From a virus: 64,000 nucleotides of DNA. The notes under the pieces were generated by a model that was not told the origin of the DNA, searched no databases, and worked only from the letters and a program-made list of their open reading frames with translations. Numbering within the stretch: position 1 is the first letter of the stretch; each line of letters begins with the position of its first letter. Of the stretch, positions 8,005-17,500 are shown one piece after another. The stretch lies in IMG/VR virus record IMGVR_UViG_3300025674_000028, positions 1 through 64,000 of that record, one strand, 5' to 3'. The translations under genes and the position numbers were made by a program.

Positions 8005-8766
8005 ATGAACAACGTGGAAGGTGTGACCGTGAGCGATGAGGTAGCCAGCGCAATCATGGGCGCTCAGCCAAGCCAGTCGATGGCGTTTCATGCCAGTCAG
8101 GTCTACCAGCTGATAACAGACCCTGTGAAAATCACAGTCAACAACGGTCCAGACCAGCCGGGCCATATAGAGACGGTGCCACAAATCTCCCTGCTCCAGG
8201 AGATTTACAAAAACAGCGATGAGGTCCTTGCCAGAGTGCGCGAAGGTGTGGGGATTGTCTGCGAGCGACAAGACAAAAACAGCGAGGCAATCTGCAAGGA
8301 AGTGAAGAAGTACTGTGACACTGTGACGCAGACGCTGGCGGCGAACCAAGAGAAGCTGCAGGAAAATCAGACGGCAGGACACAACATCGTCTGCGGGAAG
8401 ATCCACGCCGCAGAAGAGCGCGTGTCGCACTATGCTCGCATGGGCATGGTGGCAAGCTGCGCAGCGGCAGTGGCAGCGCTTGCGGGCATGTTCTTCAGTC
8501 AGCGGTCTCCGTCTGCTCACGCCCCGCATTTCGCGCCACAGATGCACGATCAGCAGATGCACGCACAGCGAGCAAGGGAGCGGGCGCTGGCAGACAAGGT
8601 GGACAAGCTCACTGAGACGGTCAACCAACTGTCACAGTACGCGCAGGCGCAGCAGCCTGTCTTTGCTGCGCTTCAGCATCAGATGATTCGCCCAACCACT
8701 GTGTCGGCGGTCAACATCCCAACGCCTGCCGCAGCACAGACGGGCGACGCACCTTTGTTTGGCTAA
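8005..8766 (+). CDS. Gln-rich coiled-coil protein with one hydrophobic segment (putative early protein)
   Basis: AAGGAG SD before ATG 8005; MGMVASCAAAVAALAGMFF segment. Confidence 0.7.
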   Translation: MNNVEGVTVSDEVASAIMGAQPSQSMAFHASQVYQLITDPVKITVNNGPDQPGHIETVPQISLLQEIYKNSDEVLARVREGVGIVCERQDKNSEAICKEVKKYCDTVTQTLAANQEKLQENQTAGHNIVCGKIHAAEERVSHYARMGMVASCAAAVAALAGMFFSQRSPSAHAPHFAPQMHDQQMHAQRARERALADKVDKLTETVNQLSQYAQAQQPVFAALQHQMIRPTTVSAVNIPTPAAAQTGDAPLFG

Positions 8767-10676
8767 CTGTTGGCAAACTCTGCCAGCTCCATGTTTCGCC
8801 ACATCTTGGCTGACATGAGGTAGAGCAGGCTGTGAAAGGCGTCGTCTGGGTCTGTGTGGTTGTACTGCATCTGACGCAGCTTTGGTGAGCGATCGGCGTA
8901 GATGGTGAGGATATCCTGGGCGAAGCCTCCATCTAAGCGTGGAGGCCCGTCCATGATTTCCCATGAGGGCAACACCACGCGTCGATTTTTTAGCTGATTA
9001 AAGATCTTGGCCATCCACCGAGTCTTGTTGCATTGAAACTGGTTGCTTGTTGGATCCCAACTCATGATGGCTGATTGATTGGTGTATCGCATAGGAATGA
9101 AGCGACGCATGCCGTCTCGAATTCTTTCGCGCACGCCATCGATCATGCCCCAGCCAAAACCTGCATCGCAAAAGCAGATGTCAACGTGATTGGCTTCCAT
9201 GAGGTACGAAATCTCATCCCACAGGAACCGGGGGTCCGCTTCAACGCCCATGTACCTGCGCATAAAGAACACTTGGAGGACACTGCCCACCTCGGGGACG
9301 TGGTTGACGTACCCCATGCTCACGACAGTAAACGCGCCGTCGCCTGTACCCTCACCCCAGTCAATCCCCATGAAGACATCCCACGCAGGGTCAGCAAGCA
9401 CCTCTTTTGGCGCAAGGCGCTCTAGGGACGTGATGCCTGGGTGGCACAGCCTGATCAGCTCCTCTCGGCTTAGCGGCTTCTTTCCGCTGTCCCACGACAC
9501 GCCAAAGATCTCATTCATCTTTGACGCTTCAGACGCTGTGGGGTCATTGACATCTTGGTAGAAAGCCAGCCAACGCTCAGCGAAGCGGTCCCTGTCATAA
9601 ATTGATGTGTATGGCATCAAGCAGCGGCTGAGATGAAATCCTTCAAAGTCGCTGTCTAAGGCTCCCGTCCGTACCCAGTTGCAATGCTTGGACAAGGGAT
9701 TGATGGCGCGTCCGCATTTGATGCACAGCAGCCCCTTACGGCCAATCATGCGATCTACTTCATTGGGATTTTGGGGCGGAAAGTTAGGGTGGTTGCATCG
9801 GTCGCAAGGAATCAGCCACAGGTTCTTAGTTGAGCGCTTAGACCAGATTTGCTCAATGGGATTGTCAAAGGTCAGTGGCGTGCCACTGAATAGCGTGATG
9901 GCACCAAAGGGCAACTCACTGTTGTTGAGCGTGGCGGTGATGACGGGAATGTTGGCCATGACGAAATCCTGAATCTCATCAATGGCGAGCACGTCGGCCG
10001 CGATGCCGCGAACACGGTTGGCGTTTAGGTGCGCCGAGCGCATGACGATGCGGCTGTTGTTGCGTTTGAGTCGTTTGAAGAAGCGGTTGTAGTTGACGAA
10101 CCCACCGACAAACTGCTTGAGCCTCGGTGAGATGCGCAGCGTGTTGTCGACGCGCTCATCAGCAAACTCCTGCATGTTAAGTCCTGCGCTTGTCACGTAC
10201 AGCGCGCAGATGTTTGAGAGCATGCTGATGAACGTCCACAGCTTATTGCCAAGGCCAGTGGATTTTTCGGTCTGACGTGCGGCCTTGACCAGCGTCTTCC
10301 TTGCCAGCCGCGTAGACGCCTCGTCACCTCCTAAAGCGACAATACGCTTCTTTGTGTATTCGCTGTCGTAGATGGCCTTTTGCCACGGTCGCAGGTGCAG
10401 GCTGATGCTCTTTCCCATCGGGTTGCTGCGATCTGGCGCGTCAAAGTTAATCCGGTACTGCACAAACTCGCTTGGCAGCTCCGGCTGCGTAAACGCTCCG
10501 GGTCTCAGGCGTTTGGATGCGCGCTCCTGTGCCCACTGTACAGCACGGACATAAGCCTCTTGCTCGTCCCGCACATCGCTGCCCCGATCAAAGGGTACGC
10601 CTGTGCGCGGATCTATCACTTTTGTCTCTACGCCTACGGGTATAGAGCTCTGTACATTAACCAATGGAGAAGTCAT
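8763..10676 (-). CDS. terL: Terminase large subunit (lambda GpA-like, with Zn-ribbon)
   Basis: LRPWQ adenine-binding motif, ARQTEKST Walker A, LAIDEIQD Walker B, SGTP coupling motif, CxxC pairs, GIDWG and PDDAFHS nuclease motifs. Confidence 0.92.
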   Translation of the reverse strand: MTSPLVNVQSSIPVGVETKVIDPRTGVPFDRGSDVRDEQEAYVRAVQWAQERASKRLRPGAFTQPELPSEFVQYRINFDAPDRSNPMGKSISLHLRPWQKAIYDSEYTKKRIVALGGDEASTRLARKTLVKAARQTEKSTGLGNKLWTFISMLSNICALYVTSAGLNMQEFADERVDNTLRISPRLKQFVGGFVNYNRFFKRLKRNNSRIVMRSAHLNANRVRGIAADVLAIDEIQDFVMANIPVITATLNNSELPFGAITLFSGTPLTFDNPIEQIWSKRSTKNLWLIPCDRCNHPNFPPQNPNEVDRMIGRKGLLCIKCGRAINPLSKHCNWVRTGALDSDFEGFHLSRCLMPYTSIYDRDRFAERWLAFYQDVNDPTASEASKMNEIFGVSWDSGKKPLSREELIRLCHPGITSLERLAPKEVLADPAWDVFMGIDWGEGTGDGAFTVVSMGYVNHVPEVGSVLQVFFMRRYMGVEADPRFLWDEISYLMEANHVDICFCDAGFGWGMIDGVRERIRDGMRRFIPMRYTNQSAIMSWDPTSNQFQCNKTRWMAKIFNQLKNRRVVLPSWEIMDGPPRLDGGFAQDILTIYADRSPKLRQMQYNHTDPDDAFHSLLYLMSAKMWRNMELAEFANS

Positions 10677-11214
10677 GACTCTGCTCGAAAAAGTCTTGCG
10701 TCGCTATGGACGCATCGGCGGAAAGCTGCCGCCAAACTGCGAACAAGGTGCCTTGCTTAATATACAATGCGACGCTGAGAGCGAACAAATCGTAGACGAC
10801 AATAACCTCTATCTGATCTGCGACAACCTGTCTGGTCAGTGGCAGTGTTTACGGCGTGCGACGTGCTGGACGTGCTCAAAGGGCCGTGAAATGGCGCGAG
10901 ACGAGCTAGACGAGGAGTACGACTACTTTGTCGCTGACGCCGTACTGTCGTTACTTGCGCCCTGGCTAGATCAAGCTCCTCAAGGACATACCAGAGCCTT
11001 TTGCATTCACTGCGATGAAGGCGTCACCTTGGCCCATACCCCTGCTGACCTAATCACAGCAGGACTCATCGACAGTCCGTGCCTGCAATACCAGTCCTGC
11101 GCTCAATGTCCTGAAAGCGCAGAATGGGTGCAAACAGCAGTCTTTGCATTGATTGAAGAGGGATGGGAGGGCTCAGTCGGGCAGTGGGTACGCAATAGCC
11201 TGGGAATGCTTTAG
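10675..11214 (+). CDS. Cys-rich hypothetical protein (start revised to ATG 10675)
   Basis: GGAG SD at 10666; CWTC, CIHC and CAQC motifs; GGACATAAG at 10547 upstream. Confidence 0.6.
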   Translation: MTLLEKVLRRYGRIGGKLPPNCEQGALLNIQCDAESEQIVDDNNLYLICDNLSGQWQCLRRATCWTCSKGREMARDELDEEYDYFVADAVLSLLAPWLDQAPQGHTRAFCIHCDEGVTLAHTPADLITAGLIDSPCLQYQSCAQCPESAEWVQTAVFALIEEGWEGSVGQWVRNSLGML

Positions 11215-11837
11215 AACTTGTACTCAAATGCGACGCCTGCCGCTCGCCCTTTAAACGGACCGCCTTTTTCTGGCGCAGGCAGGTTCTTTAGATTCACTGT
11301 GTCTGAAAGCGGCACGGCCTTGTTGTCGATGATCTTTTTCAAAAAAGGCTGCTTGTCAGCCTTTTTTTTTACGTCCTTTCCGGATGACTCTTTGTGATTG
11401 CGCGCAAACAGCGACGACGCCAATTTCTGTGACCTTATTGCGTCCAGTCCTTCAACCATTCGCGTCTCGTAATCGTCAAGACGCACTGATGCGCTCTTCA
11501 TCAGGCCTAAAGCTTTGAAGCCAGAGAAGGGATCCGCATACATTTGCGCTGCTTTTCTAGGCACAAACCACGGGTCTAAGTACCAGGGCACTATAGGTCC
11601 TAGCTTACCTTGCGGTGTCCCGTCAGCAATACGTTTGTTGAAGAAGTACGCGTTTGGGTCTTTAAAGGAAGTGCCTTCGGGCAATGATGAAGCATCAAAC
11701 TTACTGCGCGGCCGGAATGTGTCGTACAGGGCGAATCCGCCTGCTCCAACGCCGAGCGCTTTTGCGCCCCGCACAAGGCGTGACTGACGGCGTGCTTGCT
11801 CAGCAAACATATGAGGAATGACACCGCGGTAACTCAT
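11211..11837 (-). CDS. Putative virion protein
   Basis: 208 aa; ALGVGAGGFAL segment; MKSAS and QKLAS motifs. Confidence 0.5.
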   Translation of the reverse strand: MSYRGVIPHMFAEQARRQSRLVRGAKALGVGAGGFALYDTFRPRSKFDASSLPEGTSFKDPNAYFFNKRIADGTPQGKLGPIVPWYLDPWFVPRKAAQMYADPFSGFKALGLMKSASVRLDDYETRMVEGLDAIRSQKLASSLFARNHKESSGKDVKKKADKQPFLKKIIDNKAVPLSDTVNLKNLPAPEKGGPFKGRAAGVAFEYKF

Positions 11838-11877
11838 GATTCAGTTCCTCAAACTTTCGGAGATGAAACACGCCTGC

Positions 11878-12429
11878 TTACACTGCGCGACTTTCAGCCA
11901 CTCGTCTCATTTCCTTCTGACATTCCTTTAGAACGTCTACCATAAAGGTGTGCCACCCAAGATTCTTGTACAACTCAGCAAGGCGCAACTCCAGCAAGTC
12001 CATGCCTCTGCGCCTGCTGTCGTGTTTTAGGGTAACACGGTGAGGACGCTCCATGCCATAAGCGTAGTACTCTGCCTTCACGTTGCAGACCGCGTCGAAG
12101 ACGCGAGCAAAAGGCTTCTCTATGGCCTCCAGAAACACATCAAGGCTTGGAAACTGAGCGCGTCCTCGAGGAGGATACAGCTGCATCATGATGTCTCGGT
12201 CATCTTCCATCCAGATGTCCGCATCAAAGCCTTCAAATTCTGTAAAGACGCCAATCTTTTTGTCCTTGAGTTGAACGACAAGACCTTTGCGGCGATCCAA
12301 CGTAGAAGGATCGCGCAGTTCCTCATCGGTCATTCCAAAGACATCTTTGTTGACTGAAGAGATCAGTTTGTCGGCAAACTTTTGCTGCTCGACGCTTTGA
12401 CCCCATGCATCTAAAAGACCGTAGCCCAT
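11878..12429 (-). CDS. Hypothetical protein
   Basis: 183-aa ORF with normal globular composition in the minus-strand operon. Confidence 0.65.
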   Translation of the reverse strand: MGYGLLDAWGQSVEQQKFADKLISSVNKDVFGMTDEELRDPSTLDRRKGLVVQLKDKKIGVFTEFEGFDADIWMEDDRDIMMQLYPPRGRAQFPSLDVFLEAIEKPFARVFDAVCNVKAEYYAYGMERPHRVTLKHDSRRRGMDLLELRLAELYKNLGWHTFMVDVLKECQKEMRRVAESRAV

Positions 12430-12480
12430 TGTGTGCCTGGTTAGTAAAGATGTGCGAATGACGCTTGTGCCATCCGGCTT

Positions 12481-13188
12481 TTACCTAGTCAACATTTCAT
12501 AAGTTGACGTTAAAAAGTCGGGATATCCTCGGGTCAAGACATCTTGTGCTTCGTCCTGAAAGTAACCTTCTGGCAGGTTCATATATCTACCGAGAAGCGT
12601 GGGCTCAGGTGGCTTACGAGCATCGAAATAGCGTTGGCGATCATTACCTTTTAATGACCTGACAGAGTCTCGCTTGATCGTTGACGGGCGCGAATATCCG
12701 CCAGTCATGGGATCTGACACGTCAGGCGCTGGCGTTGACTCCGCCGGCATTTCACTTTCCGTCCTGGCGTCGAATGCCTCACGACCCTTCACGTCTGCAT
12801 ACTCGCTTCGGTATCGAGGAGTAGCCAGTCCAGGCTTTAACCCCAGTGCATTGCTCAGGCCGCCGGCCGCAGTATCAAACATGCGGCCGGTCGCTTCCGA
12901 AATGTCTTCGTCGCTCAAGCCGGCAGCGCGAGCACCGCCGTAAGCGGCAACTGGCGCGGCAAGTCCACCGTACAGAAGACCTCTCGCGACGCCTCTGCCT
13001 ACGTTTGTGGTTGGAGGTGGGGCTTGCAACCCTAAGCGCTGCAATACGGAGCTAATGGCACCCGTCGGACGACGAGACACCTTTTCGCGGACTTGCAAGA
13101 TATTGGCACCCCGCGCCACCAAAGACGGCATGGAGTGTTTTATAAAGTTGTATTGGCCCACGTTTGTCCTCCTCCAAATTTTGCTCAA
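12481..13188 (-). CDS. Putative internal virion protein, paralogue of 13204-13788
   Basis: Shares VARGLxYGxLAAPxAAYGGARAxGLSDE with its neighbour. Confidence 0.6.
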   Translation of the reverse strand: MSKIWRRTNVGQYNFIKHSMPSLVARGANILQVREKVSRRPTGAISSVLQRLGLQAPPPTTNVGRGVARGLLYGGLAAPVAAYGGARAAGLSDEDISEATGRMFDTAAGGLSNALGLKPGLATPRYRSEYADVKGREAFDARTESEMPAESTPAPDVSDPMTGGYSRPSTIKRDSVRSLKGNDRQRYFDARKPPEPTLLGRYMNLPEGYFQDEAQDVLTRGYPDFLTSTYEMLTR

Positions 13189-13203
13189 GCCACAAAGTCA
13201 CTT

Positions 13204-13788
13204 TCACTTAAACAACTTTTCGTTTGGGTAAAGGTTGGGGTCAATAGGCACGCCAGGCTGCATTGGGCCCTGCACACCACCGAACATCGTCGGATTGTTT
13301 TGGACACCGGGGTAGATATCGGTGGCACCTAACGCGTCGCGTCCGCCCCCAAAGTAAGCAGCGTCTTCACGTAACGCTTGAGCTGCACTGCCAACAGGCG
13401 CTTCCGCAGGACCCTGCACAGAAAGGGCACTGCCGGGCGTCCCGGTCTGACCAAAGTACGCTTCATCGCGGCCAAGTTTTGCACTAAGGCTCATGGATGG
13501 GTCGTCGGCTACACCAACGCCGCCCATCAGACCAAGCGCTGTGTCGCCAATGGCCGACCCGATCTGCTCGTCTGAAAGCCCATAAGCACGGGCCCCGCCA
13601 TATGCAGCCAGTGGAGCAGCTAAGGCGCCGTAGCCGAGGCCGCGCGCAACTGAAGCACCAATGTTTGGCCCGGCAGGAGCCGGAGTGCGCAGCCCGGCAC
13701 GCACAAGCAGGTCGTTCAGGAGGCCAGCGCGGCGCGCACGCATCCCGCGGCTAATCTTGATCATGTTTTTTACAGACGGAGTACGCAT
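13204..13788 (-). CDS. Putative internal virion protein, paralogue of 12481-13188
   Basis: GAGG SD; MIKIS motif; shared hydrophobic block. Confidence 0.6.
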   Translation of the reverse strand: MRTPSVKNMIKISRGMRARRAGLLNDLLVRAGLRTPAPAGPNIGASVARGLGYGALAAPLAAYGGARAYGLSDEQIGSAIGDTALGLMGGVGVADDPSMSLSAKLGRDEAYFGQTGTPGSALSVQGPAEAPVGSAAQALREDAAYFGGGRDALGATDIYPGVQNNPTMFGGVQGPMQPGVPIDPNLYPNEKLFK

Positions 13789-13813
13789 TGTGATGTCCTC
13801 AAGTATGTGCCTG

Positions 13814-15034
13814 CTAACTTAGCATGGCTGTCAAAGAGAGAGAATGAGCCACGTCCAGGTCTTCGTCAACCTCAGCGTCAACTTCTTCTACGTCAGATTC
13901 GTATTCTACCGCGACAGTCTCTGCCTGTGTACTGCCAAGCTCCGCACCAAAAAGCTCATCGTCTTTCTCTGGCGCAAGCCGGTCATCCAGCCAGTCTGAC
14001 AGCTCCATCCTAATTCCGTAGTCAAGCAGACGTCCACTGCTGACTTGGTTAAGGAGCTCTTGATACCTAGTGCTGTCAATGCCGCCGTACTTATTGACTT
14101 GTTCCAACAATTCGTGGTCGGAGCTGTAGTCAATTTCGCGCAGTATGTCGCCCAAGTTTTGGAAGTCTTCTGCTTCCCTCAACTTCATCTTGTCCAGTTC
14201 GTCTTCAGCCCCAGCAGACAATTCAGCTTGAATCTCTTGCACTTTAAGCACTGCGGCGTCCATCACCCCATACGCGCTAGTAAATTCGCGATGATCAAAC
14301 TTTTCAGGGCGAGCGCGCATCATGCGTATCTGCGTGTGGGCGACGTCACGTGCATCTTCGTAGCGTTGAAGGTCGGTGTATTTCAACGAGCCTCGACCAA
14401 GGCGCCACAGAAACTCTTCGGAGCCACCCGTGACTGCAGCGGCCTCTTGCATGTTTAAGCCCATGCCGCCGACGTACATCAGGCGATCCGCGACTCCCAT
14501 GCCTGACAAATCCCAGAACAACAGGCGCACTGCCTCGACATCGACAGGCCGAGGAGCCCTCTTGTTGCACAGGCGCAGCTTAGGGACTTGATCTTTTATG
14601 GTGTCTGCAATGGAGGTATCAGAGCAATCTGCGCTTATAAGGCCGCGCAACAGAGTGCGTACGAGGTCGTGCTGCCAAAGCATAATCGCATTTCGAAACT
14701 TTGCCGTACGCGCTGACGATCCGATAAATCCATCTAGACCGAAGTATTTGAGATATTCGGACTCACTGAGTTTTGTGACGTCCTGGACGTCTAACCAAGT
14801 CTGAGGCGCTTTGCTTGATGCTTTTTTTGACTTGCTAGACACCAACTTTACAGGTCGGTCTACCCTGCTCGTGTCTACGATGGCGCTGACCGCAGGCGTA
14901 AATTCGCCACGTTTAGAGCCTGCAACGCCTGGCAGACGCAGGTGAATGGACGCTTCTTCGTGCAACGCGACGTGATCAACGCCTTGCCAGATGCGCAACC
15001 GAATGTATCTTTCTGCGGGGTGACGCACGATCAC
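13814..15034 (-). CDS. Hypothetical protein with acidic C-terminus (start probably GTG 15034)
   Basis: GTGA overlap with the upstream stop; long open frame. Confidence 0.6.
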   Translation of the reverse strand: MIVRHPAERYIRLRIWQGVDHVALHEEASIHLRLPGVAGSKRGEFTPAVSAIVDTSRVDRPVKLVSSKSKKASSKAPQTWLDVQDVTKLSESEYLKYFGLDGFIGSSARTAKFRNAIMLWQHDLVRTLLRGLISADCSDTSIADTIKDQVPKLRLCNKRAPRPVDVEAVRLLFWDLSGMGVADRLMYVGGMGLNMQEAAAVTGGSEEFLWRLGRGSLKYTDLQRYEDARDVAHTQIRMMRARPEKFDHREFTSAYGVMDAAVLKVQEIQAELSAGAEDELDKMKLREAEDFQNLGDILREIDYSSDHELLEQVNKYGGIDSTRYQELLNQVSSGRLLDYGIRMELSDWLDDRLAPEKDDELFGAELGSTQAETVAVEYESDVEEVDAEVDEDLDVAHSLSLTAMLS

Positions 15035-17472
15035 ATGTCCTGCAAGCTGGTCTCTAAAAGTCGCAGACCCTGCAACGTCGGCTCCAATCCATGAATGCAC
15101 ATTGTCAGTGCACTTTCAGGTACTTCAGTCATACCGAGCCGAGACGCCATTAGCAACGCGCAAAGCTTAGACAAAGACTCTTCTAAGTCGGGCCGCATGT
15201 CGGCAAACTTAATCAATGTCTCAGGATTAAGGAAATTTAAGCTTAGAGCTGCATCGACCGACATGCCAAGAATTAAGCTGCTGACCTTCTCTCGTTCGAT
15301 GTGTGGTCGCAAGTGACTGTAAGCCACCTCAATGACCGATGGCATCTCATTGACGGGAATGGCGCTTGACACCTTGTTGAGCAGCTGCTTGACCCTGTTG
15401 GCTTTCTCCCTTGCTGACGACGCGATGTCACTGCCCATGCTGTGTGCAGGGGTGTCCACTGTAAAGGAGACGCTGTGACTAATCTTGACCTGCTCTAAGA
15501 CTTCATTTGCCTGCATGTCTGACAAGCCGCAGAAACGCAGACAGGCACTGGCTTGCTTTGTAAGCATCTTTTCTTGACTGCCAGGGATGCCAGACAGAAG
15601 TGGGTGACTGATGGCGTAACCATCTCCCATGCTCTGTACCGTCAAAGTCGCAGGATTTTTGATTTCGCCAGCCCAGCGATTTGAATACAGTGCTGCACTT
15701 TCTTTCGCGAGGGGCGCTGATTCTTCAATTGGCTCAAGCGCCGTCTCTTGGAACAGTTTGTCTTCATCCTGCTGCTTATCACCAAACACAGACGTTCGGC
15801 TCGCTTGAGAAGGCACATGCAAGATGACTCGGTCTTTACGCGGCTCGGTCACCATACGAGCGAAATCTTGACTGAAGTGCGCATAGATTGACCTGTCATT
15901 GTCCATCATGCGCGCACAGCCAGTCTCTGGATCAATGGTCTTGTAGAATAGCTCTCCGTCAATAGAGGTCGTGTTCGAAGACACAAGCAGGCCCAGCAGG
16001 GCACCGTCTTGCTTCCACATTGCAAACTCTGATGGCTGGAAGTCCATACTGGATGCCATGCGGGCACTGACGTATTTGCGTACTTTCTTGATCGCCGGGA
16101 TGTTGTCAGTAGAGCTGTCCCCTAACCACAGAACTTTGATGTCTTCGAGGTCGCTCCACTGATCGGACGGAATACACAAACACCCGTCCATGCTTAGAAT
16201 GGCTTGCCTGCCAGACGCAAAGCCAGCTTCCCCGTGCGCCGAGTTGACGATGTATCCATCAAACAACTCAGGCATGCCCAGCTTCTTTTTTGGATTGAGG
16301 AACCGCAGCTTGTAGGCAGGGACCGGGCCTGTCTTCAGTGAACTGTGCTTCGCCTTCCATGGGTAGAAATATCCAGGCTCATGCATCTCTTCAAGCTGCT
16401 CAAACGCTTCGCTTTGAGCAAGCTGCTGGGCTACTGCAGGAAAACTTCCTGTGACGCCGTGCGACTCTTTGGTATGCAACGCGACGTATCCGTCACTAAG
16501 CAGCTGTTGAGTCATGTCCTGGCCTAACGCCTGACTGACTTTGTGGTAGGGCACTGACGACCACTTGCTTCGAGACACTTTGCCGCTGGTAGGATCGCTA
16601 AGCCACCAATCACGCGCCTGAATGTCTGCGCTCGTCTTTTTAAACTCAATCAGACTGAGGCTCGCTTCATTTTCAAGCATAGATGAGATGACGGCGTCCA
16701 AGTCGTCTTCCGAGCTACTACTTGAACTCGCCTTAACAACAGTGCCACCCTTTGTCACGTGGCTTAAAGCTGCTTGCAGCGCCAGACGGCCTTCAGATTG
16801 TTTTTGCAGATGAGCGACGTTGTCTGACGTCAAAAACTCTTCTGCATGACGACGCATGCGAGCGGTGACGGAGGGCAACGCGGCGACCAAAGCATCGGCA
16901 GTCAAGTTGCGCAGCTGATCCAAGTCCGACACTGCGCTGGAAAACTTGACACCAGGGAGGCTGTTGCTCGCTGTTGTCCAATCAAAGTCCTGAAGCCCTT
17001 TCGGGTGCATCCCTTCACGCACATTCTGCTCAAGAGAGTGCGGTGACCGATCAGTCTCAATATACAGATCAGGCAAGCGCATCAAACGCATGATGCGTTC
17101 TTCATTCAACGGGTAGAATTGATCTTTGTGAAGAAAGATGTCGAAGGGGTAGAGCTTGAAGTCTGAGATGATGATCGGGATCGACACTACGTTAATGCGG
17201 TCAGGCCCTGTGGCGCTTGCGGGTATATTCTGTGGCGTGACATGGAAAAACCCGACAGCATAACCGTCTTCGCTTTTTGCAGTGATGTGCGTGTTGATCG
17301 TTGTACGCGCAAGCCAAGGATGCGTGCCGATCAAAGCGTCATAGGATTGCTGATCCCACGCATCGCAGTTTTCGCCCACGTCAATACGCGGAGCAGAACT
17401 TTTTAAAACAGAGCGTCGTCCGACATGAATGTGTTCTTTTAAATCTTGATGTCGGTAAAATGCTGCGGTCAT
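15031..17472 (-). CDS. Large putative head morphogenesis/core protein
   Basis: 813 aa; GAGG SD; many KxS/KxAS motifs (LKSSA, VKFSS, QKQS, VKASS, KKTSA, AKESA, TKQAS, EKVSS). Confidence 0.55.
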   Translation of the reverse strand: MTAAFYRHQDLKEHIHVGRRSVLKSSAPRIDVGENCDAWDQQSYDALIGTHPWLARTTINTHITAKSEDGYAVGFFHVTPQNIPASATGPDRINVVSIPIIISDFKLYPFDIFLHKDQFYPLNEERIMRLMRLPDLYIETDRSPHSLEQNVREGMHPKGLQDFDWTTASNSLPGVKFSSAVSDLDQLRNLTADALVAALPSVTARMRRHAEEFLTSDNVAHLQKQSEGRLALQAALSHVTKGGTVVKASSSSSSEDDLDAVISSMLENEASLSLIEFKKTSADIQARDWWLSDPTSGKVSRSKWSSVPYHKVSQALGQDMTQQLLSDGYVALHTKESHGVTGSFPAVAQQLAQSEAFEQLEEMHEPGYFYPWKAKHSSLKTGPVPAYKLRFLNPKKKLGMPELFDGYIVNSAHGEAGFASGRQAILSMDGCLCIPSDQWSDLEDIKVLWLGDSSTDNIPAIKKVRKYVSARMASSMDFQPSEFAMWKQDGALLGLLVSSNTTSIDGELFYKTIDPETGCARMMDNDRSIYAHFSQDFARMVTEPRKDRVILHVPSQASRTSVFGDKQQDEDKLFQETALEPIEESAPLAKESAALYSNRWAGEIKNPATLTVQSMGDGYAISHPLLSGIPGSQEKMLTKQASACLRFCGLSDMQANEVLEQVKISHSVSFTVDTPAHSMGSDIASSAREKANRVKQLLNKVSSAIPVNEMPSVIEVAYSHLRPHIEREKVSSLILGMSVDAALSLNFLNPETLIKFADMRPDLEESLSKLCALLMASRLGMTEVPESALTMCIHGLEPTLQGLRLLETSLQDM

Positions 17473-17500
17473 GTTCTACCTCGCTTCGCGTACAGCAGAG

